This document shows positions 31,388 to 32,000 of a stretch of DNA of 32,000 bases, in pieces. This DNA comes from Methanococcus maripaludis (GTDB lineage: Archaea > AGJL01 > Methanococci > Methanococcales > Methanococcaceae). Location: positions 270,001 through 302,000 of the forward strand of contig NZ_CP026606.1 in NCBI RefSeq assembly GCF_002945325.1. Reading direction: 5' to 3'. A program made the position numbers and the translations under genes. Numbering within the stretch: the stretch's first letter is position 1; the number at the start of each line of letters is the position of its first letter. Below the pieces are notes generated by a model that had not been told where the DNA came from, ran no database searches, and saw only the letters and a list, made by a program, of their open reading frames with translations.

Positions 31388-32000
31388 TTATCTTCTTCTT
31401 CTATGGAACCTTCCTCTTTGTCTGTTTGAAGGGTTCATTTTTACTTTAACATTCATTGCTTTTTCGAGGAACTGGTCGTATGAGAATGGAGCTTCTTCAC
31501 CAATAAGTCCTCTGTTTTTCATGTATTCTCTTGCAATAAGGTAGTACATTAATGATACTGATTTTCTACCTTTGTTGTTCGTAGGGATGATGAAATCGAT
31601 GTGTGCTGTTAAGTGTTCTGTATCACACATACCAATAACAGGGATTCCGATTTCGATTGCTTCTTTTAATGCTTGTTTGTCAACCCTAGGGTCGCTCAAA
31701 AATAAAACTTCTGGTTCAGCGAATTTTCTAGCTGAAGGGTTTGTTAATGTACCTGGAACGAACCTTCCAGCTACCGTGTTTATTCCTGTAACTTTTCCGA
31801 ATTCTTTTAAAGGACCTACTGAGTAAACTCTTCTTGTAACAGCCATGATGTCTTCAGGCTCATAGTTTGATAAGAATTTAGCAGCGAGTCTTAACCTTTC
31901 ATCAGTCTTTCTAACGTCTAAAACATATAATCCGTCAGCCCTAACCCTGTAGATAAATCTTCTCATATCTTCAGTTTTTTGCTGAGTACCGATGTGTATC
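31388..32000 (-). CDS. rpsB: 30S ribosomal protein S2 (uS2), N-terminus beyond window
   Basis: Frame stays open past tracked ATG 31966 as ...[36 protein letters not shown].., conserved archaeal S2. Confidence 0.95.
   Translation of the reverse strand, partial: IHIGTQQKTEDMRRFIYRVRADGLYVLDVRKTDERLRLAAKFLSNYEPEDIMAVTRRVYSVGPLKEFGKVTGINTVAGRFVPGTLTNPSARKFAEPEVLFLSDPRVDKQALKEAIEIGIPVIGMCDTEHLTAHIDFIIPTNNKGRKSVSLMYYLIAREYMKNRGLIGEEAPFSYDQFLEKAMNVKVKMNPSNRQRGRFHRRRR

Overview
This looks like ordinary core chromosome from a Methanococcus species, very likely M. maripaludis, judging by AT-richness, GGTGA-type ribosome binding sites and protein similarity. I recognise these genes, in order: leuS (minus, runs off the left edge), proS, psmB (proteasome beta), aCPSF1/FttA (KH plus beta-CASP RNase), two tandem paralogous secreted proteins with a CWB2-like motif, a small exported protein plus a NapH-like polyferredoxin, an AzgA-type NCS2 permease, sepS (O-phosphoseryl-tRNA synthetase), an orphan metal or cobalamin binding lipoprotein, tpiA, aroA' (ADTH synthase), a METTL5-like methyltransferase, hsp20, ftsY, an orphan ECF S component, uraA-upp, nhaC-type antiporter, an HTH regulator divergent from a DUF2124-like gene, a DUF815-like AAA ATPase, a membrane protein plus XRE pair, panE, ywbE, a DMT transporter, rps3ae, an HVO_0476-like zinc protein, and rpsB (runs off the right edge). 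I see no CRISPR array, transposon, prophage, rRNA or defence island, and nothing I would call a new multi-gene system. The best leads are small: (1) tpiA has no in-frame ATG/GTG/TTG before its conserved N-terminus, but a well-spaced SD followed by ATT; (2) the long leader of aroA' holds a 36-codon ORF ending ...GFRLFFSYQWYY*, a possible but unproven aromatic amino acid leader peptide or ncRNA; (3) a perfect 17-bp palindrome before an HTH regulator, paired dyads before an XRE cassette, and a dyad at the uraA-upp promoter; (4) a hairpin plus U8 terminator directly upstream of the aCPSF1 termination-factor gene.
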